A DNA stretch of 63,625 bases, filler included. It is 6 parts of 6 records of this genome, joined end to end, with 100 filler letters (N's around TTAATTAATTAA, not from the genome) between each part and the next. Parts side by side here need not be neighbours in the genome. Positions count along the whole stretch, not along the records: positions 25,012 to 47,577 come from SRR31156797_22423; positions 47,678 to 54,206 come from SRR31156797_22443; 4 more parts are not named here. One strand, written 5' to 3'. This document shows, in pieces, positions 39,837 through 48,672 of this stretch. The notes beneath the pieces are model-generated. The model made no database searches and was not told where the DNA came from. It was given only the letters and a program-made list of their open reading frames with translations. Numbering within the stretch: the stretch's first letter is position 1; each line of letters begins with the position of its first letter. The position numbers and the translations under genes are program-made.

Positions 39837-41483
39837 TTAATACAAATCTTCGTGTAAACGTGAAGTCTGTTTCAAGTCTTCAATATAGTTGGATGCATCC
39901 TCCTTACTACATCTCGCTACTTCCTGAACCAATGACAAAAGATTGCTTAGAACCGATCTCCCCATGGCAATAGATCCACAGACATATAAGTGAGCTCCAT
40001 TATCGAGCCATTGATAAATTTCCTTCCTCTGAAGTGAAAGGATGTCTTGTACATACACTTTTTTTGCTCCATCGCGGGAGAAAGCCAAATCCATTTTATT
40101 CATAACGCCGTCTTTCACAAAAGATTCCAGCTCCATCTGATATAAGAAATCATGTTCTCTGTATTTCTCACCAAATATCAACCAATTATCAGCTTTAGAT
40201 TTATTAGCCTTTCTTTCCTTCATAAAAGATATAAAAGGTGCAATGCCTGTTCCTGCACCAATCATGATAACCGGTACCTCATCCTCTGGCAATCGAAAAT
40301 CATGGTTCGGAATTAGCTGTACTTTAAGACTGGAATCCACCCGTAAGCCTTTGTTGATATAGGAAGAACAAGCCCCTATTCTATCGCGTCCAAATACGGA
40401 ATAGTTGAACTGTTTTACACACAGGTGAACTTCATCAGTCGTTTCGCTTGAGCTCGATGCGATTGAATATTCTCTTCGATTCATTTTATTTAGAATCTGA
40501 GATAAATCCTGTGCTTTGATTGAAGAGGGAAAATCGTGAAGCATATCATATACATCGGCTAGTTGAAGGTAGTTAAACAATTCTCTTTCATTATTGAGCA
40601 AGCTTTTTAAAGCCTCATTTCCCGTATGCTCCTGATAAGCCTTTATCACATCTTCGCTCAAATTGGTTAGCTCCAACTTGGTTACCAATAACTCCTCAAT
40701 ACTTATCTTTTTATCCTTATACCGCACCATTGTATCGTGGGAGTAATCCTGCAAAATCAAAATTTTAACCACCAATGAATAGGGATTTTTAGGCTTAATA
40801 CGAATGGAATCGCCAGGTTGATAAGTGAAATCCGGATGATCGGTTTGAAGGATTAGATGATTGATTTCACAGGTAGATTTTTCACTGGTCAGAGGATATT
40901 TATCCTTAACCCGAAGGGTAAAAGTGGGTCCCAATTCTAGTGTCCCAAACTTTAAGGTAAGCAAATCGCCATTTCGTCTGTTTTGGAACTTATTTAGTAA
41001 GGATGATGCCCAGGATTCCGCATTTGCTTTAAAAGCCAAATCGCATGTTACCAAAGAGGAATACCGCTTAGCGCCCAATTTTTCCAATTGTGCATCGATA
41101 TCCTTACCGGTTTGGCAAAAATGCTGATAGCTCGAATCACCCAGTGCACAAACAGAATAGTTTAGATTGGACAATTGACCAACCTGCTTCCCAAATAAGT
41201 GCTTATGGAAAGCTTTGGCTTGTCCTGGTGGGTCCCCTTCTCCACGCGTGCTCACTACAATAAAAAGATACTCCTCATCCGCCAAATTATTGACATCGTA
41301 ATCGCTCATGCTAATGACAGAAGGATCCAATTCATATTTTTGGAATTGTTCTCTTAGCTGTTCCGCGATAAATTTAGAGTTACCCGTTTTTCCGCCATAT
41401 AAGACAGTAACCGGTGAAGCAAAACTTGTAATATTTTGAATTGAAAAAGACTGTGGCTCTTTCTTATATATAAATTGATGCAT
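39837..41483 (-). CDS. cysJ: Diflavin oxidoreductase, sulfite reductase flavoprotein alpha (CysJ)-like
   Basis: Flavodoxin 'LYGGKTGNS', 'STRGEGDPP', 'ALGDSSY'; FNR part 'REYSIASS', 'GAGTGIAPF', 'AFSRD', 'YVCG'. Confidence 0.8.
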   Translation of the reverse strand: MHQFIYKKEPQSFSIQNITSFASPVTVLYGGKTGNSKFIAEQLREQFQKYELDPSVISMSDYDVNNLADEEYLFIVVSTRGEGDPPGQAKAFHKHLFGKQVGQLSNLNYSVCALGDSSYQHFCQTGKDIDAQLEKLGAKRYSSLVTCDLAFKANAESWASSLLNKFQNRRNGDLLTLKFGTLELGPTFTLRVKDKYPLTSEKSTCEINHLILQTDHPDFTYQPGDSIRIKPKNPYSLVVKILILQDYSHDTMVRYKDKKISIEELLVTKLELTNLSEDVIKAYQEHTGNEALKSLLNNERELFNYLQLADVYDMLHDFPSSIKAQDLSQILNKMNRREYSIASSSSETTDEVHLCVKQFNYSVFGRDRIGACSSYINKGLRVDSSLKVQLIPNHDFRLPEDEVPVIMIGAGTGIAPFISFMKERKANKSKADNWLIFGEKYREHDFLYQMELESFVKDGVMNKMDLAFSRDGAKKVYVQDILSLQRKEIYQWLDNGAHLYVCGSIAMGRSVLSNLLSLVQEVARCSKEDASNYIEDLKQTSRLHEDLY

Positions 41484-41591
41484 TAAGTTCTATTTAATTC
41501 GGGACTAAGATATCCTTTATTATTCGTATTTGGAATAATTCTAAATAAAAATAATGCAATTGTTCTTCTATTTTGTACAGATAGGTATGTA

Positions 41592-41689
41592 AATGATCGA
41601 TGATAGGTTTTTAGATTGTGGTCCAAATTTGTTTGTTGTGTTGATATTGGAATCGGTAGAGACGCAATGCATGTGGAGACGCAATGCAT
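41592..41689 (-). pseudogene. Internal fragment of the RAYT gene with REP half-sites
   Basis: Aligns by eye with about 44600-44682 (ATGAT.GATGATAGGTTTTT.GATTGTGG.CCAAATTTGTTT...GGTAGAGACGCAATGCA). Confidence 0.8.
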
Positions 41690-41816
41690 CATTAAATAGT
41701 ATAACTTTTCCTTATTAAATTTTGATAGTAGAAATCAAAGGCAATTCGGGTGAAGCAAAGCAGAACCGCATATACACTATTAAGTGATGTAACGGCTATT
41801 TTAATCCCTGCTGCTA

Positions 41817-42287
41817 TCACAATAAATTCTCCATTGCACAAAATTCATCTGTCTTTTTATCAATTCCTATTGAAACATTTTGTTTTCTTAATTCCGTATG
41901 CTCTATATCATTACCATCATATAACTCAAAGATATGATCTAAATATTTATGAGCATTCTTTACAATATCCATTACTTCAATAACTTGCCCATCTTCATAA
42001 CCCATACAATTCATTATTCTGGTATCAAGATAATCGTTAAATTCTTGTTTATATAGGAAATCAGATCGATGATGAATAGTATCAATACACTTCCCCTGAT
42101 TAAGTTTCGTACAATTTTCACATATGTCATCATTTTTAATTACTATTTTAATCGTACTTGTTTTATTCTCAAAAAGTTCATTCCCTATAGTATGATATGA
42201 GTGACCATAGGCATGTTCACTTAAAGACTTTCCTGAACCATAATCACGCATTATATCAAAAAAATGATGTATCCTTAATTCTCTCAT
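41817..42287 (-). CDS. DUF1284-like small Cys/His protein
   Basis: 'LRIHH', 'DDICENC', 'GKC', 'DTRIM'. Confidence 0.65.
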   Translation of the reverse strand: MRELRIHHFFDIMRDYGSGKSLSEHAYGHSYHTIGNELFENKTSTIKIVIKNDDICENCTKLNQGKCIDTIHHRSDFLYKQEFNDYLDTRIMNCMGYEDGQVIEVMDIVKNAHKYLDHIFELYDGNDIEHTELRKQNVSIGIDKKTDEFCAMENLL

Positions 42288-42321
42288 CTGTATTTCTCTC
42301 TAATAGTTTTATTATTATATT

Positions 42322-42450
42322 ACTTAACGGTCTTGCTAAAATTTGCGAGTGATTAACCACCACCACCCTATAAAAACCACTTAGGCTTATTGTTTTTGTT
42401 ACATTAGCACGTTGAGCGTTACCGCCTATGCCATTTATCTTTTGTTATGC
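42322..42450 (-). repeat. attC-like recombination site
   Basis: On the minus strand GCATAAC follows the upstream stop, and GTTAAGT (GTTRRRY) precedes the next gene; about 130 bp. Confidence 0.5.
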
Positions 42451-42472
42451 TCTAGCATTTAATAACATAAAC

Positions 42473-43009
42473 CTACCAATCATCATCACTCCCAATGTTT
42501 TTAGGCTCAAACATTTTCAGGAAAGTATAATCGTAAATCGGCACTGAATTTTTACTAAATAATTTTTCAAAAAAACCTTTATTAGTTATTGCATGCGAAT
42601 TCAGAAGTACGATACTTCCATGACATCCTGACGAATTATTTTTTTTAGTCAAAGTAATTTTATTAATGGTTACACGATATCGAGATTCTTTAAACTGTAT
42701 TGAAACAAAAGCAGAATGATAATATCCGAAAATTAAATCCGGAGTTTTGAATAAAGTATAACCTGCACCTTTATAGTCTGGTTCGAACAGTCGCAATTCA
42801 CCCCTTAAACCATTTTCTGTAAATTCAATTTCTTTAAAAATACCTGAGTTTTGAAAATACTCTTTAATGACACTCTTTTGAAGTTCACTTTCAAATACTT
42901 TTTGCCAAGTGACTTCGCCTCTTACATTTTTAAAATAAAATTCATTTTCCTGACTATAACAAGAAAAGCTCAGCGTAATAATTGATAGTATTATAAATAA
43001 TTTTTTCAT
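42473..43009 (-). CDS. Exported hypothetical protein (DUF4468-like)
   Basis: Signal peptide; 'WQKVFE', 'IQFKESRYRVTI', C-terminal 'DDW'. Confidence 0.7.
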   Translation of the reverse strand: MKKLFIILSIITLSFSCYSQENEFYFKNVRGEVTWQKVFESELQKSVIKEYFQNSGIFKEIEFTENGLRGELRLFEPDYKGAGYTLFKTPDLIFGYYHSAFVSIQFKESRYRVTINKITLTKKNNSSGCHGSIVLLNSHAITNKGFFEKLFSKNSVPIYDYTFLKMFEPKNIGSDDDW

Positions 43010-43202
43010 CAAATGTGATATTAGTTGAATTGTGAATAATTAGCCGACATTATTTCAATTAAAAGATATTGACTTTCATTTTTTTATATTGAGCTCATAT
43101 CCCTTAGCTACCGCACGAAACGAAGTTCGATGAAATCAATCTTTTCGTGTGGTTTTGCTTTAGATATGGAACGCGATAGAATCGTGCACCAGCGGAGGTA
43201 AT

Positions 43203-44342
43203 TTATTCATTTTTAACCTGTTTAATTTTATCCCTCACATCCCATATCTCCTTAATGCCACAAGATTTTTCATAAAATTCTAATGCTTTGCTTTTATCTC
43301 CTTTCATCAAATAAACTTCTCCCATAAAATAATAAGTCTCGTATGGGACTTTATAATTCTCCAGGTTTAATTGCAATAGATCGAGTGCATCATCATACTT
43401 TTGTTTCGTACAAAAATGCATAGCATATTCATTTACCAGCTGTTCGGGTAATGCAACATGAATCTTATATCTGTCTTCATTTTTCTTTATATGATTTAGG
43501 ATACTCTCTTTGTCAAACGTATGGATATATGTGTTCGGAATTTTATAATCGGAGTACAACTTTTCTAAAGCGTCATACATTGCTTTTAGAGTCATAGAAA
43601 TATGATCTTCACTTGTGTAAAACTTAAAATCCCAACATATTTTTTCAGAATATTTGGATTCTATCATTTTTGATAGTTTGATATTCGGTACAATTGTCGT
43701 TGAATCAACCAATCCACATACTGATAGAAAATAACACGACTTTATTGTGTCTTGCTTAGAAATATAAGATTCCAAATCTTTTGCAATTGTAGGGTCTATA
43801 AATATTGCAGGGTCGGCAGCAAAATACACATTAAAAAGTTCGTTCTGATTTGTGAATATATGATTAAGGCAGACAGCAGCTAAGGAGTGACCAAACAGTA
43901 ATCTATAATTATTTGTCCTGAAATCATCATCTATTTTAGGAATTAATTCCTTCTGTAGAAATTTTGTAAATTGGTCAGCCCCGCCACCATTCGATAATAT
44001 CTCTATCTGATTAGGTGTATAATCTCTAACTCTGTCATTATCCGCAGAAACAATACCAACAATAATCATTCTTGGCATCCTTTGAACGAGCCTGGACATG
44101 TGATTTACAACTCCTGTAATTTGATGAAAGTGTTCTTGTCCATCCAATAAATACATTACCGGATAATCATATTTTGATTGATCATAGTCCGATGGTAAAT
44201 ACAGCCAATATTCTCTACTTTCATTTAAAATCTCTGATTCAATTACATACTTCTGTCCAATGGTTATTGGTTCTTGATTCTGCCCAAATGATTTAGCAAA
44301 TGAGAGTAATACAGTTATTGATATGATTATTATTCGTGTCAT
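43203..44342 (-). CDS. Alpha/beta hydrolase (IroE/Fes-type esterase) with C-terminal TPR
   Basis: 'YPVMYLLDG', 'RVRDYTP', 'GGGADQF', nucleophile 'GHSLAA'; start taken at ATG MTRII. Confidence 0.85.
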   Translation of the reverse strand: MTRIIIISITVLLSFAKSFGQNQEPITIGQKYVIESEILNESREYWLYLPSDYDQSKYDYPVMYLLDGQEHFHQITGVVNHMSRLVQRMPRMIIVGIVSADNDRVRDYTPNQIEILSNGGGADQFTKFLQKELIPKIDDDFRTNNYRLLFGHSLAAVCLNHIFTNQNELFNVYFAADPAIFIDPTIAKDLESYISKQDTIKSCYFLSVCGLVDSTTIVPNIKLSKMIESKYSEKICWDFKFYTSEDHISMTLKAMYDALEKLYSDYKIPNTYIHTFDKESILNHIKKNEDRYKIHVALPEQLVNEYAMHFCTKQKYDDALDLLQLNLENYKVPYETYYFMGEVYLMKGDKSKALEFYEKSCGIKEIWDVRDKIKQVKNE

Positions 44343-44425
44343 GTTCGTTTTTATAGCAGCCAACTTGTATCTAAACGTAAGTAATTGTCTTTTTCTCCAT
44401 TATCCAATCATAGTATTTTATTTAT

Positions 44426-45004
44426 TCAATAAATATTGAATTCATCATTTACCCAATTTTGTGGATTTGCCCGAATGTATTCCTCTATCCTATGATAGGA
44501 TTCATCGGAACGGATAATGTGATCGTAGAAATGCGATTGCCAGGCAAAATCGGCATGTATTTTTCTGGCGTTTTTGCACACCGCAATTTTAAATCCACGA
44601 ATGATTGATGATAGGTTTTTGGATTGTGGACCAAATTTGTTTTTTGTAGTATCCGTATTTGGGATGGTAGAGACGCAATGCATTGCGTCTCTACGTTTCG
44701 TCCCCAATTGTGCATTGTATTGATTATCACCAATGATAATTATTGCTTGAAAATGATTGGGCATGATAATATAGGCGCCCATCTTTAAATTCATATCCGG
44801 GCGCATTTCAAATGTTTTTAACCATTCGGCATCAACAATTTCCCCTATTTCGGACAATTGCATGCTACCATTCGCAATATTACCAAAATAATGTTCGCGG
44901 TTCTGCGTACAGATCGTTACAAAATATGCCGCATGCCATCCATAATCCCAATTTTTCAATCGGGAGGATGCAATGCGGTATTTATTTTGAAATTTTTCTG
45001 CCAT
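44426..45004 (-). mobile_element. REP-associated tyrosine transposase (RAYT, Y1/IS200 superfamily), HUH motif altered
   Basis: 'YFVTICT', 'IMPNHFQ' (canonical MPNHxH), 'LSSIIRGFK', 'WQSHFYDHIIR', 'YIRANP'. Confidence 0.85.
44667..44694. repeat. Perfect 28-bp REP palindrome inside the RAYT ORF
   Basis: GTAGAGACGCAATGCATTGCGTCTCTAC is its own reverse complement; GTAG foot. Confidence 0.9.
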
Positions 45005-45031
45005 TGGTAATGGTATTTTCTATGTATCCGG

Positions 45032-45076
45032 GTAGAGACGCAATGCACGTGGAGACGCAATGCATTGCGTCTCTAC
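45032..45076. repeat. REP cluster upstream of the RAYT
   Basis: GTAGAGACGCAATGCAC-GTGGAGACGCAATGCATTGCGTCTCTAC. Confidence 0.9.
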
Positions 45077-45347
45077 AATAATGGTTGCATCAACCATTTA
45101 ATTATCACACCCATCATCAGATTTATTTTTCACATTGTATCATACCTTAGGTATCGCATATGCCATCTATAATTTCATCCTAAAATTCATTTTAAAACCT
45201 CAATAGTTTGGCACCGTTGAAACATTTTTATTGGCGCCGAAGCAAAAGCTTCGGCGGTGTTCCAAAGAAGAACTGCTGTTCGATAACCTCCTATCCGCCT
45301 TATTTGCAATATACATTGTTGGCAGCAGTACTTATCGTCTCTTTAAA

Positions 45348-47420
45348 TTATTTTAATTTCATTAACAAATATGAAAATGTCATTGCACTAGATTTTGCAC
45401 TTTGTTCATTTGTTGAAGAGCCTCCATGTCCTCCTTCAGTGTTTTCATAGTAGTAAATAGGATATCCCATTTTAATCATTTTAGCAGCCATTTTTCTTGC
45501 ATGTCCTGGATGTACCCGATCATCACGAGTTGAGGTGTAAAAAAAGACTTCAGGATAATCCATATTACTTTTTAAATTATGATATGGAGAATACTTTTTA
45601 ATATATTCCCATTCTTCAGGGATATCAGGATTTCCATATTCTCCCATCCAACTGGCTCCTGCAAGTAATTTATTATAGCGCTGCATATCCAATAAAGGAA
45701 CTTTACACACTACCGCATTGTATAAATCAGGTCTTTGAGTGAAGGCAACGCCAACTAATAAGCCACCATTACTACCTCCCATAATACCTAAATGCTCCGG
45801 GGATGTTACCTTTTTTGCAATTAAATCTTCAGCTACAGAATGAAAATCATTGAAAACATTTTGTCGCTTATCCTTTAATCCAGCCTGATGCCATTTTGGT
45901 CCGAATTCACCACCACCTCTAATATTAGCGAGAACAAACACACCACCATTGTCTAACCATGACGTTCCGAAAGTAGCTGAATAAAATGGTTTTTGAGCTA
46001 CTTCAAATCCACCATAAGCGTAAAGTAAGGTTGGGTTATTTCCGTCCGCTTTCATTGTTTTAGACGAAACCATAAAATAAGGAATGAGTGTTCCGTCTTT
46101 TGATTTTGACATGAACTGATTAACTTTATATTTCTCACCATCAAAATACGACTTAAGCGATTTAAATGGTTTGATTGTATTAGAATCTGCATTTGCAATG
46201 TACAAAGTTGTTGGTGTCAGAAAGTTGTTATAAGTGAAAAAATATTCATCCGATGTATCACTCAGATCTATTAATGAAATTGTTCCAAGATCGGGTGCAT
46301 TCACTTTTTCACTTACCCATTTATTATCCTCATAAGTATAAATAAATAGTTCACTAATTACATTGTTAAGGAAGGTTATTAGGAGCTTATTTTTCGTGCT
46401 TAAAACCTTTGTTATACTCGATGATTCATTAGGCTCAACAATTAGTTGAACCTCTTTTTCTCCTTTTAACAATTTAGTGAAGTTTAAACTTAGTAATGAG
46501 CCTTTTGTATAGGTTTTATCATCAACAATCCAATCTGATTTTAATTGAATAATCAACTGATTGTTCAACAGATTTTGAGGAGAGGCATCAGCAGGTATAT
46601 CTAATTTTATTTGTTTATCGTCAACTATTATAAAATAAGAAATATCCGTTCTCGAAACGTAACGTACAACCGATTTATACTTTGTTGTACCGTCTCGAAA
46701 TAAAAATCCATATGCTAGAATATCTTCTTTTTCACCTTCATATAGAAGTTTCGCATTTTTTAACAATGTTCCTCTTTTCCATAGCTTGACTTGTCTTGGA
46801 TACCCGGAAGTAGTCATGGTGTTTTCACCAAAATCAGAAGATAAAATTAAAGTGTTTTTGTCCACGTAACTTGCACTTCCCTTAGATTCAGGAACATAAA
46901 AGCCATCTTTAATAAATGTCTTTGCATTCACGTCAAATTCTTTTTTAATTGTGGCATCACCACCACCTTTTGACAGGTTTACTATAAATCGATTATAATC
47001 TGGATACAAACCAGTCGCACCTTTATAAACCCATTTTACATCATCAGTTTTAGACATTTCATCTAAGTCTAATAGTATTTCCCATTTAGGGTTTCCATTT
47101 ATGTATTCTTTTTTTGGGCTTCTTCTCCAAATACCTCTAACATGATCTTTATCTTTCCAAAAATTATAAACAAATTCACCATAAGTCGAAGGGTAAGCGA
47201 TCCTGTCAGTGGAATTATATATTTCTAAACAGTTATCATAAATGTCTTGAAACTCCTTAATACTGCTCAATTTTTCTTGAGTTATTTTGTTTTGTTCATT
47301 TACAAAATCGAGTGACTTTTTACTGTCTATTTCTTCCAACCATAAGTATGGGTCTTCTTGAGCATAAATTGTAAAACCTAAATTTAAAATCGTTAGAAAT
47401 AATAAAATTTTCTTTGTCAT
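45348..47420 (-). CDS. Prolyl oligopeptidase (S9A), exported
   Basis: 'DPYLWLEE', 'YAYGGF', 'NIRGGGEFG', 'GGSNGGLL', 'DDRVHPGH', 'EGGHG'; start taken at MTKK. Confidence 0.93.
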   Translation of the reverse strand: MTKKILLFLTILNLGFTIYAQEDPYLWLEEIDSKKSLDFVNEQNKITQEKLSSIKEFQDIYDNCLEIYNSTDRIAYPSTYGEFVYNFWKDKDHVRGIWRRSPKKEYINGNPKWEILLDLDEMSKTDDVKWVYKGATGLYPDYNRFIVNLSKGGGDATIKKEFDVNAKTFIKDGFYVPESKGSASYVDKNTLILSSDFGENTMTTSGYPRQVKLWKRGTLLKNAKLLYEGEKEDILAYGFLFRDGTTKYKSVVRYVSRTDISYFIIVDDKQIKLDIPADASPQNLLNNQLIIQLKSDWIVDDKTYTKGSLLSLNFTKLLKGEKEVQLIVEPNESSSITKVLSTKNKLLITFLNNVISELFIYTYEDNKWVSEKVNAPDLGTISLIDLSDTSDEYFFTYNNFLTPTTLYIANADSNTIKPFKSLKSYFDGEKYKVNQFMSKSKDGTLIPYFMVSSKTMKADGNNPTLLYAYGGFEVAQKPFYSATFGTSWLDNGGVFVLANIRGGGEFGPKWHQAGLKDKRQNVFNDFHSVAEDLIAKKVTSPEHLGIMGGSNGGLLVGVAFTQRPDLYNAVVCKVPLLDMQRYNKLLAGASWMGEYGNPDIPEEWEYIKKYSPYHNLKSNMDYPEVFFYTSTRDDRVHPGHARKMAAKMIKMGYPIYYYENTEGGHGGSSTNEQSAKSSAMTFSYLLMKLK

Positions 47421-47577
47421 AATGTTTGGATTAGTATTGAATGATTTTATTACAAACCGTATTGCTGCCAACTTGTTAGAAAATGCACTATAAGTGCCTC
47501 TATAATTTTACTATATCCTGATTTAAAGTGCACGATACATACCATAAAGGTCAGTATTGTGCACTTCCAATTCAGAG

Positions 47578-47677
47578 NNNNNNNNNNNNNNNNNNNNNNN
47601 NNNNNNNNNNNNNNNNNNNNNTTAATTAATTAANNNNNNNNNNNNNNNNNNNNNNNNNNNNNNNNNNNNNNNNNNNN
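47578..47677. other. Artificial contig linker
   Basis: N-run with TTAATTAATTAA. Confidence 0.98.
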
Positions 47678-47702
47678 ATCCTCTCATCCAGACCAAGAAA
47701 AA
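47678..47702 (+). repeat. tRNA 3'-end sequence (Pro-like), first copy of a 25-bp direct repeat
   Basis: ATCCTCTCATCCAGACCAAGAAAAA; reads as T-stem end, acceptor strand ...G, discriminator A, CCA. Confidence 0.7.
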
Positions 47703-48672
47703 GCCCTATTGGGACTTTTTTTGTTTGGCAAGAAATCCCTTTGGGAGTTGTCCGCCCATGATTTTTGCGTAGCAAAAGTCTATAGCCCGAAAGCAATATA
47801 GGGATAGCTATGTTGCGAAAGGGAGAAAATACTCTAAGAAATAGTCTCAAATAGGTTTACCCTGCTATTTTTTTATTTGGTCTGGACTTGCCTAAGTCGT
47901 TTGATACAAACGACGTAACGCGAAAGCAGTTCTTTATAGAACTGCAAAAGCGCAGACCAGGTGATTAGCTCGATATAGATGCATTTGGGCGTTTTTTGTA
48001 CCAAAGGGGATTCGAACCTAAATCAAATAAAAAAGAAATATTATAGCGACAATCAATAAAAGAATGATTGCCGTTTTTTTGTGCCAGAAAATAAATTGAA
48101 AGCGAGGAAACAATGAAAAATAAAGAACATAACAATCAAGAGTGGAAATGTGCATATCCAAATTGCGATAACTGCGATGAGATATTTGGAGTTCCAAAGT
48201 GTATGTTGATAGATGCAGGTATAAACATAAATGAGAGTATTTTCTTAGCTGATCAATTAGCACATTGAGTAATGTAGCTTTGTATATCTTCTATTGCGCA
48301 TTTTTGATACATTGAGAACTCCTAATATATAATAAATTCATTTTATCATACATGTATTATCCTTGCTTTTTTGGTTCGAATCAAGCTTTGTCTTTATTAG
48401 CTCGTGCTTACATGTTGAAATCTACATTTTTTAGACTAAAGTGTAGCTTTTTTAGTACAATTTAATAAGAAAACCTTAACACAATGGATGAATTTTATCT
48501 ATTGTGCTTTTGATGTGAAAGGGAAAGGCAAGAAAGTGTAAGTATAAAGCTTCATTTATTTAAGCAGAAAACAGTGACTAGAAGGTTGAGAAATTCGTTC
48601 TCGACAAGCAACTCCTTTCGTGTTACTATATTTAGAGAATTTTACTATATTAAGGGAGTAGGAGTAGTTACG

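Noticed and set aside
41483-41692. 69-aa ORF upstream of cysJ as a leader peptide
   Set aside because: It is the translation of REP half-sites and the RAYT fragment ('MHCVST')
39645-45076. GAGACGCAATGCA repeats as a CRISPR array
   Set aside because: Irregular spacing, palindromic GTAG-footed units, linked to a RAYT, and no cas genes; these are REPs
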